The notes below the pieces were generated by a model that made no database searches, was not told the origin of the DNA, and worked only from the letters and a program-made list of their open reading frames with translations. Below, one piece after another: positions 49,409 to 61,356 of a DNA stretch of 64,000 nt. The stretch is taken from positions 1,012,803 to 1,076,802 of the forward strand of contig NMRA01000020.1 in the NCBI GenBank assembly GCA_002633005.1, in the 5' to 3' direction. The position numbers and the translations under genes are program-made. Position 1 is the first letter of the stretch; each line of letters begins with the position of its first letter. The DNA is from Phoronis australis. Taxonomy: Eukaryota; Animalia; Phoronida.

Positions 49409-50258
49409 GAGATGGGCCCTATAATTACGTACTACTCGAGAGTCTTAAAAACAAAGGGTTTTGTAGCATTTCTAACTCACAAGCACTAATCATGATAAGT
49501 GAAACTTAATTACGCTACAGATTTTTAATCGGTTAATTCACATCGGAAAAAATATTTCCCAATTTGACAGTTTTCTCCACAAAAATTACCACTTTCCTGC
49601 TACTTGTGTTACAAAAAATCAGACTACAGATTTAGAATGCTCACACTCTCTAGAGTCTAAAAATGTGGTCATAGTATGCCCCTTACCAGCTACTTTTTGG
49701 CAATTTTGATCTGTCTGACAGTCACCTGAAATCACACCCGGTTTCTCGGAGGCGACAGGATCGAGTTGAAAGCAAATGACAGCCACCATTTTGCATCAAA
49801 AGTAGGTCACGGCTAAAAAACTTAGCTTTTCTCATCCAAAAACACAAGTAAATCAATTTCCTGGCATTTGTTTTGAACAACTTCCTCGAACCACCTGACA
49901 TACGCCCTGTCCATAAATTTTAAGCCTGCAAAATGCCCTGTGGCTACAACCTAACTCTTCAGTGCTACCATTAGTCAACTTACAGCTCAACATTCGTGCC
50001 TCGGCGATAGGCAGTTCAGTGGCGGCCGTTTTGTGGTCGTTTGCGAGATCGCAAGATAACGTGTGTAATACCAACCTAAATTCGGCGTTATTTTTGTGAT
50101 CTCAACTAGCTCGCAAGAACATTGCCAAATTCATTCTCTACCGTCACGGTACCGAAGTTAGGCAGTTACTTATAACGTCACCTATTAGGCCAGCAAACAA
50201 TCAAACCTCGCCTTGCGGAAAGTTTGCATGTAGTAACCTGTTGTTATTGTCATTTCAG

Positions 50259-50390
50259 TTTATGCGGGCAACAAGTGCGTCAAGTGCAACTCAATTTTGG
50301 ATAAAGCTTGTAACGACGCCTTCGTCAGCAATTCTAAGTATACCGTTAACTGCACCTATGGCTGCCAGAAGACCAAAGTCGACACGGCTG
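50259..50390 (+). CDS. Ly6/uPAR protein A, exon 2
   Basis: TTTCAG|...|GTATG, phase 1-1. Encodes (V)YAGNKCVKCNSILDKACNDAFVSNSKYTVNCTYGCQKTKVDTA (Cys 1-5). Confidence 0.9.
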
Positions 50391-50902
50391 GTATGGAAAT
50401 TATTGACAGTACTTTTTTTCTCTTTCCTAATTTAAAACTCCAGGAGCACAGACAAAAGCCTTAAAACCCGGTTCTGGCGACTTCATTAATTTGAAGTTTG
50501 GCCATGTTGTTTCGTCTTCCAAGCATATGCGCTCCATAATGTTATGTTTATTAACTTTTAATTGGGCACTTGGAACATGATATCCTACTAATATGAATGG
50601 CGCTTCATCACTGGAAGGTGCAAAAACTTAAGGATACTCTTTCTTTTACATTCACCAAGACACAGTATTAGTGTCGTCAGTCGACAGGTATTACAGTTTC
50701 CAGCTTGTGGCACTGTTTATATTGTCTTTAGTTTTTTGATAATGACCATTGTTGGGCTTTAAGTTTCGAATGAAGGTGTAAATTGCGTTAAAATCTGTTC
50801 GATGAAGTTTTAACAAAAGTGACGCGGAAAGAGAATCTTTTAAATAAAACAGCGAGAGATTTTGTAGAAATTTTGCTCTGATGTCATTTACTTTGGCAAC
50901 AG

Positions 50903-51105
50903 GTGTTGTGACGACCGACAGAGGCTGTGCTTCATCGTCAAAGAAAGCCGATTGCTCAAAATCTGAGGTCAAGATTTTCATCAGCATTAAGACTTGGACC
51001 TGCTATTGTGACGGTGATCTCTGCAACGGATCTCCCAAGATGGCTTTGCCCGTTTCCGCGGTCCTTTTGACAGTCGTTGTGTCTTTGAAACAACTGTTGT
51101 TCTGA
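50903..51105 (+). CDS. Ly6/uPAR protein A, exon 3 (quiver/sleepless-like; GPI signal)
   Basis: CAACAG| acceptor in frame. (G)VVTTDRGC...C...TCYCDGDLCNG followed by a hydrophobic tail. The joined protein is 127 aa with 10 Cys in the mature domain. Confidence 0.9.
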
Positions 51106-51264
51106 GTTCACTTCACAAAACATGAATCTTTAGTGTGTTAGGGCAATGCCTCGTTAATTATCTAATTCCCTCTCTGTGCTTGTTTGATGTTCCATAAGTA
51201 ACGGCTCATTTATACAGATTTATTTAAACATTACATTATTCCAGTTGTAAGAAAATAGAGTGTT

Positions 51265-51270
51265 AATAAA
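51265..51270 (+). other. Probable polyadenylation signal of Ly6 gene A
   Basis: AATAAA 160 bp after the stop, followed by T-rich sequence. Confidence 0.55.
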
Positions 51271-53039
51271 TTCTGTTTTAACTCGAATTGATTTTTTTAC
51301 CAATAACAACTTCTGTGATGATGCGATGCTTACTCGTCTGAACAGTGAACAAACAGGTCTATGCCAAAATGCGCTCGGCTGAAGTCGGATAAGGTGATAA
51401 TCTGTTGTCCTTGGAAATACTTGTTTACAGACAGGTTATGTAGGATCTAATAGAGGAGACTGTATTTATCCAAATACCTACAAATCTAAAGTTTTTACCA
51501 AGTAAAAGCATAAATTTCTGAACGAATAAAGCATGCAGAATTTAATTTTTGAATTTTTACCAATCTGCCATAATTTGGGTCACGTGAAAATGGATTTCAG
51601 TAAAGTTATAAAAAAGAAGGATAGCAAACGGATAGTATCAGTAACATGACCAAATTTCGTTTGATACAAATGTTCACGTGAAATCTCAAATATGAGTTCA
51701 CAGTTTTCTGAATTATCATGTCGTTTACATTTTATGCAAGTTTGAATTTTTCAAGAAAGTCATTGATGTCTTTTTGATAGCCCCAAATGCAAAAAGAGTT
51801 TTTTCAAAAGTAATTCCTGGCAGCGTTTTGGAGAACACTATAGAAACACTGTATATAAGAGTTTGTTGAACTGTTCGACACTTAGTCGATTTTTCTTCCA
51901 CAAGGCAAAGCACGTCTCCCTATTTCGAATGGTAAGACGTAGACGTAGTACATTTCTCCTGCATGGAGAATGTGGGACATTTGACCTTTGCTGTAAATAA
52001 AACAATGGCGATTATGCACTTTCAAAATGTTTTCTGACTAATTCTTTGAGGGCATGAGCGCACATGTGTTGTTAAGGGCGCTGAATCTGAAAACTGGACA
52101 GGGATGAAACAATTTATATTTCGTCTTTGTTTCAAAAATAGTGAATCTGACGATTTTTTAAGAAATTTTTCCCATTTTCAAAGTGAATAACTCTCACGTT
52201 TGTTTGCATCTTCAAAAACGGCCTGCTTAAATGGTACTTTTTTCGAGTTTTCGTATTCCATGCCTCTTTATGAGCTTTTCTATTGAATGGCGTCTGTAAC
52301 CCCCAGAGAAAAGAACAGAACTCAACATCTTAAGCATTGCCATGGAATTTCATGGATAAAAACTCTCATTGCCTCACACAAAATCAAAACAATAATTTAG
52401 AAACCTGTTACAGGGTTTTTGAAACTTCATCTTGAATATTTTTATCAAAAGAGATTGGCAATTTTTATTGAAATTGTTATTTTGCAATGAAAGTGCCTTT
52501 CTTTATCACTTACTTTTCACTAAAAGACTTTGTCACGTCAGTGACCCAACTAATGAAAAAGATTGGTACTGTATGAAGTAAGAAGTATTGCCAGTGCGTA
52601 GACAGCACTAGTTGTACGCGGACGACGCCAAGTCGCCAAATGCGACTTGCCAAAAATCCAAGGTTACCAAATGAAATCCGAGGTTACCAAAATTCATGAC
52701 GGAAGTCGTCGAACAAAAAACGTCCTGCCATGGTCACCATAATAGAAAAATTGCAAATTGCGTAGACCTCAAGTCCCCCGTACGCATATATCATTCAGTC
52801 TCTGACTCAATTCCCCCAACCAACCAACCAACAGAGAACTCAGGCAATCAAATACACTGGAGGTATGTGTTTCTTGGTCCTGCCTTACCCGATTTTTGCA
52901 GAACAATTCCGACTTCTGTCTGTTTACTTCCTGTTGTAATTAAAGCGCATGAGCAGATGTCCAATACATATATACATATTTACACATTACAAGGTCATAA
53001 TTTCCTGTCTGAAATCATAACCTTTTAATATAAATAGGG

Positions 53040-53750
53040 ATAGTCTTTTAAAAGGTTTGTGGAGTTTATTTTGAATAGATATTTGATGTTTTCGATGTCA
53101 GTATACTGTCTGGATAATTCTGGTAGAAATTAATCTAATATCTTTTAGTTCAGGACAGTTAAGTAAAAAGTGTTTTTCGTCTTCAATTTCTGAATGGTTG
53201 CAGATTTCACAAAGCCTCTCCTCCTTAGGAATGTCATGGTACCTACCAGTTTCTATTTTCAGTTGATGTCCAGAGCACCTGAATTCGGTTTGCATATTTT
53301 ACGTTCAGTTGGTGGTAGACAGTAAAGATATTCTTCTCAAGATAAATCTGTTTTGAAGATAGAGTAAAATGAGCACTTGCTAGAGTTCTTTGATATCATC
53401 TATTCTTGGGCACCACAATCCAACAATCTTTGCTTGAATTCTAATATAAATAAATCAATATTTCTAGGGCCACTTTTCCATGCCTCCTCAAACCCGTATC
53501 GGAATAAAATAACTTTAGCCGCACTGGCCCAATTTGTTCGCCGTCTTTCATAGTCTTCCCGCAGCATCCAGTAATATTTGAGTACCTAAGGTTATTAATC
53601 TGTAGAATTTTGGTCTGCACAAGTATTTCTTAGATATTAAATGCCTGCCACATTCCCCTCTAAACATAGCGTTAGTTGTTTTCTTTGGAACACCGGCAAC
53701 CCATTTACAGAAATCATTGTGAACACTTTCTATGCCTTTCTAATATACTT
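53040..53750 (-). mobile_element. LINE ORF2 3' fragment (C-terminal CCHC finger)
   Basis: FRCSGHQLKIETGRY..IPKEERLCEICN..EIEDEKHFLLNCP, preceded by IESVHNDFCKWVAGVPKKTTNAMFRGECGR. Confidence 0.85.
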
Positions 53751-54444
53751 TACCCTATATCTATTGGATCTAAGAAAATGTTATTAATTTAAAGTTTTAA
53801 AATCACCACAAAATTTGGAAGGAATTTCGGATGAACTACTGTCTGACTTTGATACTCGTCGAGGCGACTTTGTAGTGACTTGGGACTTTCCCCAAGTCGC
53901 CATACACAATCTAAAGTTGCGTTCGCGAGCTGCATGTCGCCAAATTGAGCATTGCATAGAATACATGTACAATGCAGTTGACTTAATATTTCTGGGAAAG
54001 CACAAACTTTCCCCTCCTCGTCAGATCTAACGTTATGTGGATTGAAGATGGCGAAAATCCTGTAAAATACTCTTTGGCCTGGAAAAATATGTACAAATGT
54101 AAACTATTACAGTAATTGATAGTAGAAATGGAAAGATTCCCTGTCAAGAAGCCATTCCCAATGAAACTTATGTCTTTTACAGTTGCCTTTATTGCTCTCG
54201 TGATATGACTATTTACAATTTATGATGAGGACATCAGTTTGCATATGGATAGGCCGTCCACGATTACATAAGCGACACTCGAATCTCGCTGTATTTACAT
54301 ACAATGCCGAAATGTCTCTCAAGCACTTTAGTACCCCGCCGGCATTTTTGCGCCAGTGGAGTTCCACAAGTTCTTTGTAGTCATCATATTCTTTATAAGT
54401 TTTTATCTGCTGCTTTACTCTACTAGTCTTTCCAATGCAAAGGA

Positions 54445-54612
54445 AGTATTGGCCTACTGTTATGCTTTGGGCTGCAACTACAATAGGAGAAAGTTTGAAC
54501 AATTGGAAAAGTATCCGAGCTTTCGTGATGTCAGCTTCTTTACCTTCTGACATGACAAAGACAAGAAAATGCGGAGCGAGCTGGATAAACCAAGTTCGTC
54601 GAATTAATTTTT
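54445..54612 (+). pseudogene. THAP domain remnant
   Basis: YCYALGCNYNRR...VSFFTF*, then frameshifted WINQVRRINF. Confidence 0.65.
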
Positions 54613-55970
54613 AACAGAACAGTCCCCCCTTTCTTGAAGATAACTTTCAATAGGGGCTTTCCATATTGGCGATCTCCAGAGTAATGATGGTATGAAAGTT
54701 ACTTTCGATTGATCCCGACTCCGATTTGGTGGACAGAAATTCAACTACCACATAGTGGTTCATAAATAAAAAAACAGAGGAATAAATTCCATTGTCAGCC
54801 CCTACTATTGTTTTATTAGGTGAAGCTCACTAATTTATTTTATCTTTGACACCGGCTGGGATCGAAATTCTCTCGCTTTATCAGCGCCATCCACATACTT
54901 TGTCGGGAATACATCTTCCCAGGGGAAATGCATTTAACACGACGTCCTTACTCTCAATTGATATTTCGAAAGTTTTGCCTTATTTCATTCTAGCGCATAG
55001 CAATGAAAATTTACAGAGTTTTTATAGCAGGAAATGTGTTAAAAAGCTGTTAATGTCAGTAGGTTGAAACCTCCCGTCCGCATTACATGAAATCTGCAGG
55101 TGGCGCTGAACGCCTGTCCACCAAAGACCTATCACCGTCTGGCAGGTTAGTGAATTTGAAAGTAGCACGGCTATTTCGAAAGTCACCAATTCCGGTATTT
55201 TTACACGGTTGAAAACAAGGGTTTCCGACAAGACCAGTGAAAATGTACCTGACATTCTAAAAGAAGGACAATGAAAATGCTTTCTTACATCCGGGACAAG
55301 GGAGAGTTCTATCGCTGTGTAATACGTACGGGAAGGCCACATCATTTTAACAGGTTTTCTGGTTGAAACTTTCCTTGCCCTATTCCAGGTTTGGAAAATC
55401 ACCTCAAGCTTTTCATTTTGACAAAGGCTGATTTTTACAAATAGGGTACGTGCTTGCCCAGTTGTGACTGTTATGTACATTTGGGAGAAAATAGCTCTCA
55501 TGTACGTGACCTTGACCTTGGATGGCGTGCTAATATAGCAACAAATAATTTCTATGAAGAAATTCACGAGAAGTGCTTACATGTAATTAATGCTAACTAG
55601 TACCTAATGATTCATGCATGTCAGGGTTAGTGAGGTAAAAATTGTCAGGATAGAAAAAAATCCTCGGTCACATTGATTAAGGACACTTTCTACAAAATGT
55701 GCGCATACCTGCTCTGTTTTGACCCTTAACTCCTGAACTATTCTGTAATTACACATTCGCAATAAGAAGCAAACAATTTTTGACGTAAAAGCCAACGAGT
55801 TAATTTTGCTAACAGAGTTCGATCGCTAGCTGCCCCACAGTCTCATCTAGTTTGAACAGGGAGTGTAATACAAGAGGAGTGTTCATTTGTGTGAGTTCGC
55901 TGTTATCGCCATTACTAGCGCCGCCAAGTAGCGAATAAGCAACGGTCAAGCTCTTAGCACGAGGCTGGCG

Positions 55971-56054
55971 AAGGGAGCCTTTTGCAGCGCAAATTGCACA
56001 AATTCATCCACGAAAACACTAGTGTATTTTTACGTTTCCTAAGGATCCAGAAAG
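55971..56054 (+). pseudogene. Decayed THAP first exon (P-element/THAP9- or hAT-type transposase)
   Basis: (A>K)GAFCSANCTNSSTK..., one frameshift, then FTFPKDPER|GTAAG splice donor. The start codon appears as AAG. Confidence 0.55.
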
Positions 56055-57154
56055 GTAAGGATTATTTGTTATTCAGTAATATGAGACATTGTCTTTCATT
56101 TTGTGTGTTCTGTTCCCGGTTGGAAGACAAGTCGATCGCAGTCCCGGTGCCACTGTCGTCTGCAATTTAGGCTAGGCCTACTGCACAGCCGGGCTCAGCC
56201 GGCAGAAGTACTATGATTAACGATGTGATCGTCAGATTTGCAGTCCTTGTACACCAAATCAAAATATCAACATGTAATTCACCCGAGCCATCGCAGGGAT
56301 AATTTTAGAAAAACATATCCATGGTTATGGGTCAATTTAACACGGCTTCTGACACAGCCAGAGGGCATGGAACCTGTTCATAAGTCAAGTTAAAGAATCT
56401 GTGGGTCTCGGTGAAAAACATCTACATAATTTTAATGTACCAGTTGGCCCAAGTTAAGAAACAGCAGTGCGTCAATGAAAACTTAATTCTATGCTCCAAT
56501 GAAGAAAAAATGTCCCTGGATCGACATTTGAGTCCCTGATTTTCAGTTGACACCACCAAGGTTTTGTCTCTGTCACAGGCACAGTACGACAGGACTACTG
56601 AAGTTTAGTGTGCTGTAGTGTAGTGTAGCTACCAGTCCTCTTTGAGCCTGGTAAGTATGCGGTTTGTTCCCTAGTCTCTTACTGATTTTTGTTAGGTTTA
56701 AGCGCTAGTAGGCGACCTTGTCCAAGAACTGCAAGTTATGCTCTCATCACTTCGAGGAGTCTATGTTCATGAATGTCCGGTAGGGAATGCAGTGCCTCAA
56801 ATATACATGTATGATGTCCCGAATCCACCAAAAATGAAGATGTCAAACAGTTTTCCGGAAATTGTGTATATTACGGCTCTGAATGTCTGATTATCGTCTC
56901 ACAAAGCAAGTACTATACTGGGACTTCATGTGTAGAAAGGACAATTGTTCAAAACCTGGTTTTTTAAACTTTTGCTAAGGTTGATCAGATTGAAACATTT
57001 TTGAAAGGTTAGAATGTGATTTGAAGATTGCCAAAGTGAAACTGATGGATCTTTCAGAGTCTGAATGGAGAGCTGAAATTTTGATCAAACCCATGCTAAA
57101 AACAGAATTTTATTAAAAAAATTAAATTTCTAGAGAAAAAGTCCCTATTTTCTC

Positions 57155-57470
57155 AATTTAGATGAGGATTCTTGCCCCTGAAAGTGTAAATTGGACGTTT
57201 TGGTATTTTTATTCGTATTGAGGAGCGTTTGTACGTATTATTTTTGTACTGTCCGATGCAAAGAGGATGAAATAGATTTTCTCTGCTCTTGTGGTCTCTA
57301 CACTGATCTCAGAACAGCCATATTTGCAGAGGTCACGCTGATTTGTCCCATCTTTATTGAGTTAAGGTATCAGAATCAGTTTGCTTCTTGATGTTAAACA
57401 CCTCTGTGAATAAGTTAGTTTTCAGCTTTATCTATACCGCATTTTTTGAAGAAAAGAGTTGTTGTTTACT
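57155..57470 (+). mobile_element. LINE ORF2 3' fragment
   Basis: QFR*GFLPL..IGRF...EERL..C...EDEIDFLCSCGLYTDLR, the same motif as at 53100-53290. Confidence 0.7.
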
Positions 57471-58444
57471 TGTGAATTAATGGGGAGTGAGAAGGTTTTT
57501 CAGATTTTCTTGTTGTTTTGGTTTTTTGTTGACTATTTTGTGTGTTTTTATAGATTGTGATTAGTATTAGCCCCAGTGTGGCTAGGTAAAACACATGGTT
57601 TCCTGGTCAGGCTGTAACTTACCTGAAATATTTACAGTGGGTGTATGAAATTAAATTTTGGTCTTGTCATCCAAGTTTTTATAATTCAGTTTTGTAAGGG
57701 AGCCCTGTGGGTAGTGAATATTTTGATTGCTTTTCAGTACCTCTTGAAATATTTTGTCCTGACATTTTACAACCTTGAATAGTTAGGAGTGATGATATAC
57801 TCAATGTTAGTACGTTTCGTAAGTTGTGAGCTATTCTACAGATTAGTATCTGACTTGTAACTATCGGTGTTTATAGTGGAAAAGTGGGGAGTTTGCCCTG
57901 TACTGGCATGTCACTAAGAAATAATGGAATGTTCTAAAATTATATGTTAGAGTGCATCAGAATGGATCACAATTTTTGGTACTGATTAATTGCTATGCCT
58001 TCTTCTTACTTGTGTAACACCCACTGCACAAAACAGTAACTGTTGTTTGCATTGCTAGTAGCCTGGTGCATTGAATAGGGAACACATGCGAAACTGTTGG
58101 ATGAAGATGAAACCAACAGTGAGCTGAGAGCACCACGTAATGAAAACTTGGAAAATACCCAGGATGGTACTGACATAACCGCACCGGCATGGACACCGAT
58201 TATTACAAAATGTCCTGAGGGGGTGGCATGCACAAAACGAGAGCCAAATCTCATCACCACCTCAGCACATGTTGGCAATGGTCAGGGGGATCTAGCAACC
58301 AAAATGTATGAGGATGGGAGAGGCTCAACACCCATGTGGCACACCCCTTGGTTTTTACCTGCTTTGCACTCCACCCATGTATCCCCCTTCCTGTCAAACT
58401 CAAGAGCAATCACTAAAATTGTGTAGTCTATGGAAGTATGAAAT

Positions 58445-59300
58445 GTAATTAGGAATGGTAATTTTCCTTGTTAAAAATTCTAACATAAACAAAAATGCGT
58501 TTATGGGGGCGCCAAAACACTTCTAGTGAGACGTCATGCAGCGTTTTTGGGTGCACCAAAATCCGTTCGTACAAAAACAAAAACAAATGATGTATGTTTA
58601 AGGCGAAGGGGGGTATTCTTTTACTTGAATAGATGCATTTTTGATATCTAAGATGTGCCATGTAAGGATAAACGAGATAGAAAACACGTCTGTATGGTGT
58701 GGGCTTTTAGGAAAACATGCGCCGGCAAAGAACTTCTGTGAGAGCGATAAAAGATATTTTTTAACTGGATGCTGTCATTACGAGTGGTAAGCTCATTGAT
58801 GGCTTATTGTAATGAGAAGCTCTTTGTGTGTTTGCCTTTTCTCGATGCAGCTGTGTTGTTCACCGCCTGTGGTTCATGGGTACTGAAGTAGTTGCCCAGC
58901 TTAGAAGAAACAAAGAGATTAGAGTTCAAGGTAATAAAAGATTAAGAAAATTTATTTCTACACTGCTCAAAACATCGAAGATGTTGGAACTGCAAATGTG
59001 GCCAATTACCATTGGTTTAATAGGAACAAAATTGCAAAAAGCTGTATATGACACCGTCACTGCACGGCATATATCCTGAGGTGCGCTGCAAGTTTACGTC
59101 GTATATTCAAGAAGTTTACCAAATTCATTGAATCGTCATAAGAATTAGTTAATGTGAAAAAGTCATCCGTCCACTGTTCGTGACGTTTAAAACCAATTCT
59201 AGAAGTTGAGTTTTCCCGTCCACAGCAACATATGCCAACGTGCTCACAGCCGTCAGCGTTATCAAAAAGCCCAAACGAGTACAATGAATACGGCGTTTTC
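58445..59300 (-). pseudogene. Possible decayed Mab-21/cGAS-like receptor (cGLR) sequence
   Basis: Ordered, frameshifted motifs EHVG/YVAV, NFVPI..NWP, KSFSLQ*, LRYQKCI, LNIHHLFLFLYE and IPNY resemble the Mab-21 domain. Recognised by eye only. Confidence 0.4.
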
Positions 59301-59339
59301 AGCAAATAAACCCTTGGAAAATGGAGTAGATTTTCTTAA

Positions 59340-59665
59340 TTCGATGCTTTCAGAGAAAACGAAAAAATAATAAAAATTATTAATTGACTCAATTTTCTTA
59401 TTTTCAATTTCCGGAAAAATGAAAATAACAAAATAGCAATTTGAGTCAATTTCTTACTTTCATTTTTCCGAAAAAATATACAAAAATGAAAACTGTGTAA
59501 TTTTCATTTTACCGGAAAAAATGAAAAAAAATTACAAAATTGGAAATCGACTCAGTTTTCTAATGTTCACTGAAAAACGAACAATTAAAAATCAACATGT
59601 GACTTTTTTAATTTTTGAGTTTCGTTTAAAAAGAAAATTGATTTGATTCTTTAATACACGGACTC
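59340..59665. repeat. AT-rich GAAAAATGAAAA/AATTGACTC repeat block ending AATACACGGACTC (probable TE terminus)
   Basis: Multiple degenerate direct and inverted units. Confidence 0.5.
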
Positions 59666-59889
59666 AGTTTTCTTCTACAGATTGTAATTCTACTACAGTC
59701 GCGACCTCATATCTCACATCTCAGTATTAGCGTTGAGTAATGGACAAGAACTCTTAGTCCATTTACCGTCAGCTATATTGTTGCTATGATTTGCATTTGG
59801 TCTGTTTCTTTTACATTTTATCAACCGCCAGAACCTTCTTGAATAATTAAGCGCGCTTGCGTTTACAACCTATTTATACACTTTGTTTT

Positions 59890-60800
59890 AATGTTGCATT
59901 TTCGTAGATCTGCACAACTTTTCAAATTCTTTTTTTAGTTTCAAGATCTTCATTGCGTGTATGAGACGATATTTCTGTAACAGATAACTATTAAAGTCAT
60001 CTCTTTTTTCATGATTCCAAAGGTACCTTTTATAAACTTCATAATTTTGAGAATCCCGTTCCTTCTCACAGATAGCAAAACTAAACTGACATCTTATAGA
60101 AAAATGTTTCCCACAATTAATGTTCGTGACCTGAAATAACAATACAACATTAAACAAATTCTTTTCAGTCAGCATGTAGTCAATAGGGCTTTTGGCTGTA
60201 CATGATAGGTATGTGTACTCGTCTTATAAATCGGAGGTTTTCCTACCATTAAGTATGACATGGTTATATAGGATACATGTACACATGTTGATCAAAGTTT
60301 TGCCAAAAAATTATTTACAACGCTATCCACATTGTGAAGTTCATCACTAACAAGTAACAAATCATCTTCATAACGTGAGATATCACCTGAAGACATTTCA
60401 AACTGATCATTTGGTGTTCCTATACCAGCCTTCATATATCCCGTAAAAAATATTTTGTCATTTGGGAATAGACCTTTCTCACAAAATAATCACACATTCC
60501 CAGCATTTTCAGTCGTTGATACATAATCTTTGTATACATGGAAATAAATCCTTCTGGTGGACTGTACAACAAACTACCAAATTTCGTGAGTGGACTAATT
60601 TTCATAAACAGGCTCTTATAGTTAACGATAACTCTAACAAAAATATTTTGGCCTTCTTCCCATTCTAGATTTCACTTACTGTGAAAGGGACCAGCTTCCT
60701 TCTGATCTCACGCACTCGTTCTGCAGGAGAATTGCTCGGTTATGCTTTGAACTGTGATTTCTTTTTCCGTAAAGGGAATGTGTTAGCCAACAATATGATT
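59890..60800 (-). mobile_element. LINE APE-endonuclease fragment
   Basis: YSPPEG, IFFTGYMKAGIG (degenerate GDFNA motif), DSVVN, ILNGRKTSD and EYTY...SPIDYML. Confidence 0.75.
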
Positions 60801-61307
60801 AGATTCACGTTTGAACTCACGTCTGCAATCATTACATCTTAGAAAAAGGTCCAATCAAACAAATGAACTAAAATTTCTGTACGCCACTTCAATAAAAAAA
60901 CAACGATCGTTTTTCACTGATGTTTCTTTGGAACCTCTTGTGCACTCTTGGTCTTTTTCACCCGCGACTTGAGTGTAGATGATAATGAACAATATACATG
61001 TACTGACAAATGTGTTTGCCTCGACCGTGAAATCCGGTATTGCTTAAAGGTTGTGTTGATGTTATTCGTTATTGGCTACAGTCCCCCTATTCATGCTATT
61101 ATGACAATTGCCAATAACTGCAATTCAGCTCCTTAGTAGCACTAGCACCCAGCTAACCAATGAGTTGTCCGCGACAGGTATGTTATTGCGGTTGCTAAGT
61201 GGCCATGGAGATGGGTTTTTTCTGTGAGCTATTTGGCGCGATCGGATATTTGTGAAGGAAACTGCCATTTCAACCTACCAGACACAGGGGAACAGCGAAC
61301 AATCAGT

Positions 61308-61356
61308 ATGAAGTCCTATCTACTTGCTTTAGCCGTCTTTGCGTTGTTAGGATGTG
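61308..61356 (+). CDS. Ly6/uPAR three-finger protein B, exon 1
   Basis: MKSYLLALAVFALLGC + G|GTAAG. The upstream ~350 bp is homologous to copy A. Confidence 0.85.

Noticed and set aside
57993-58196. HCWFHL resembling the MULE transposase CxxH motif
   Set aside because: A single short motif with no other MULE features.
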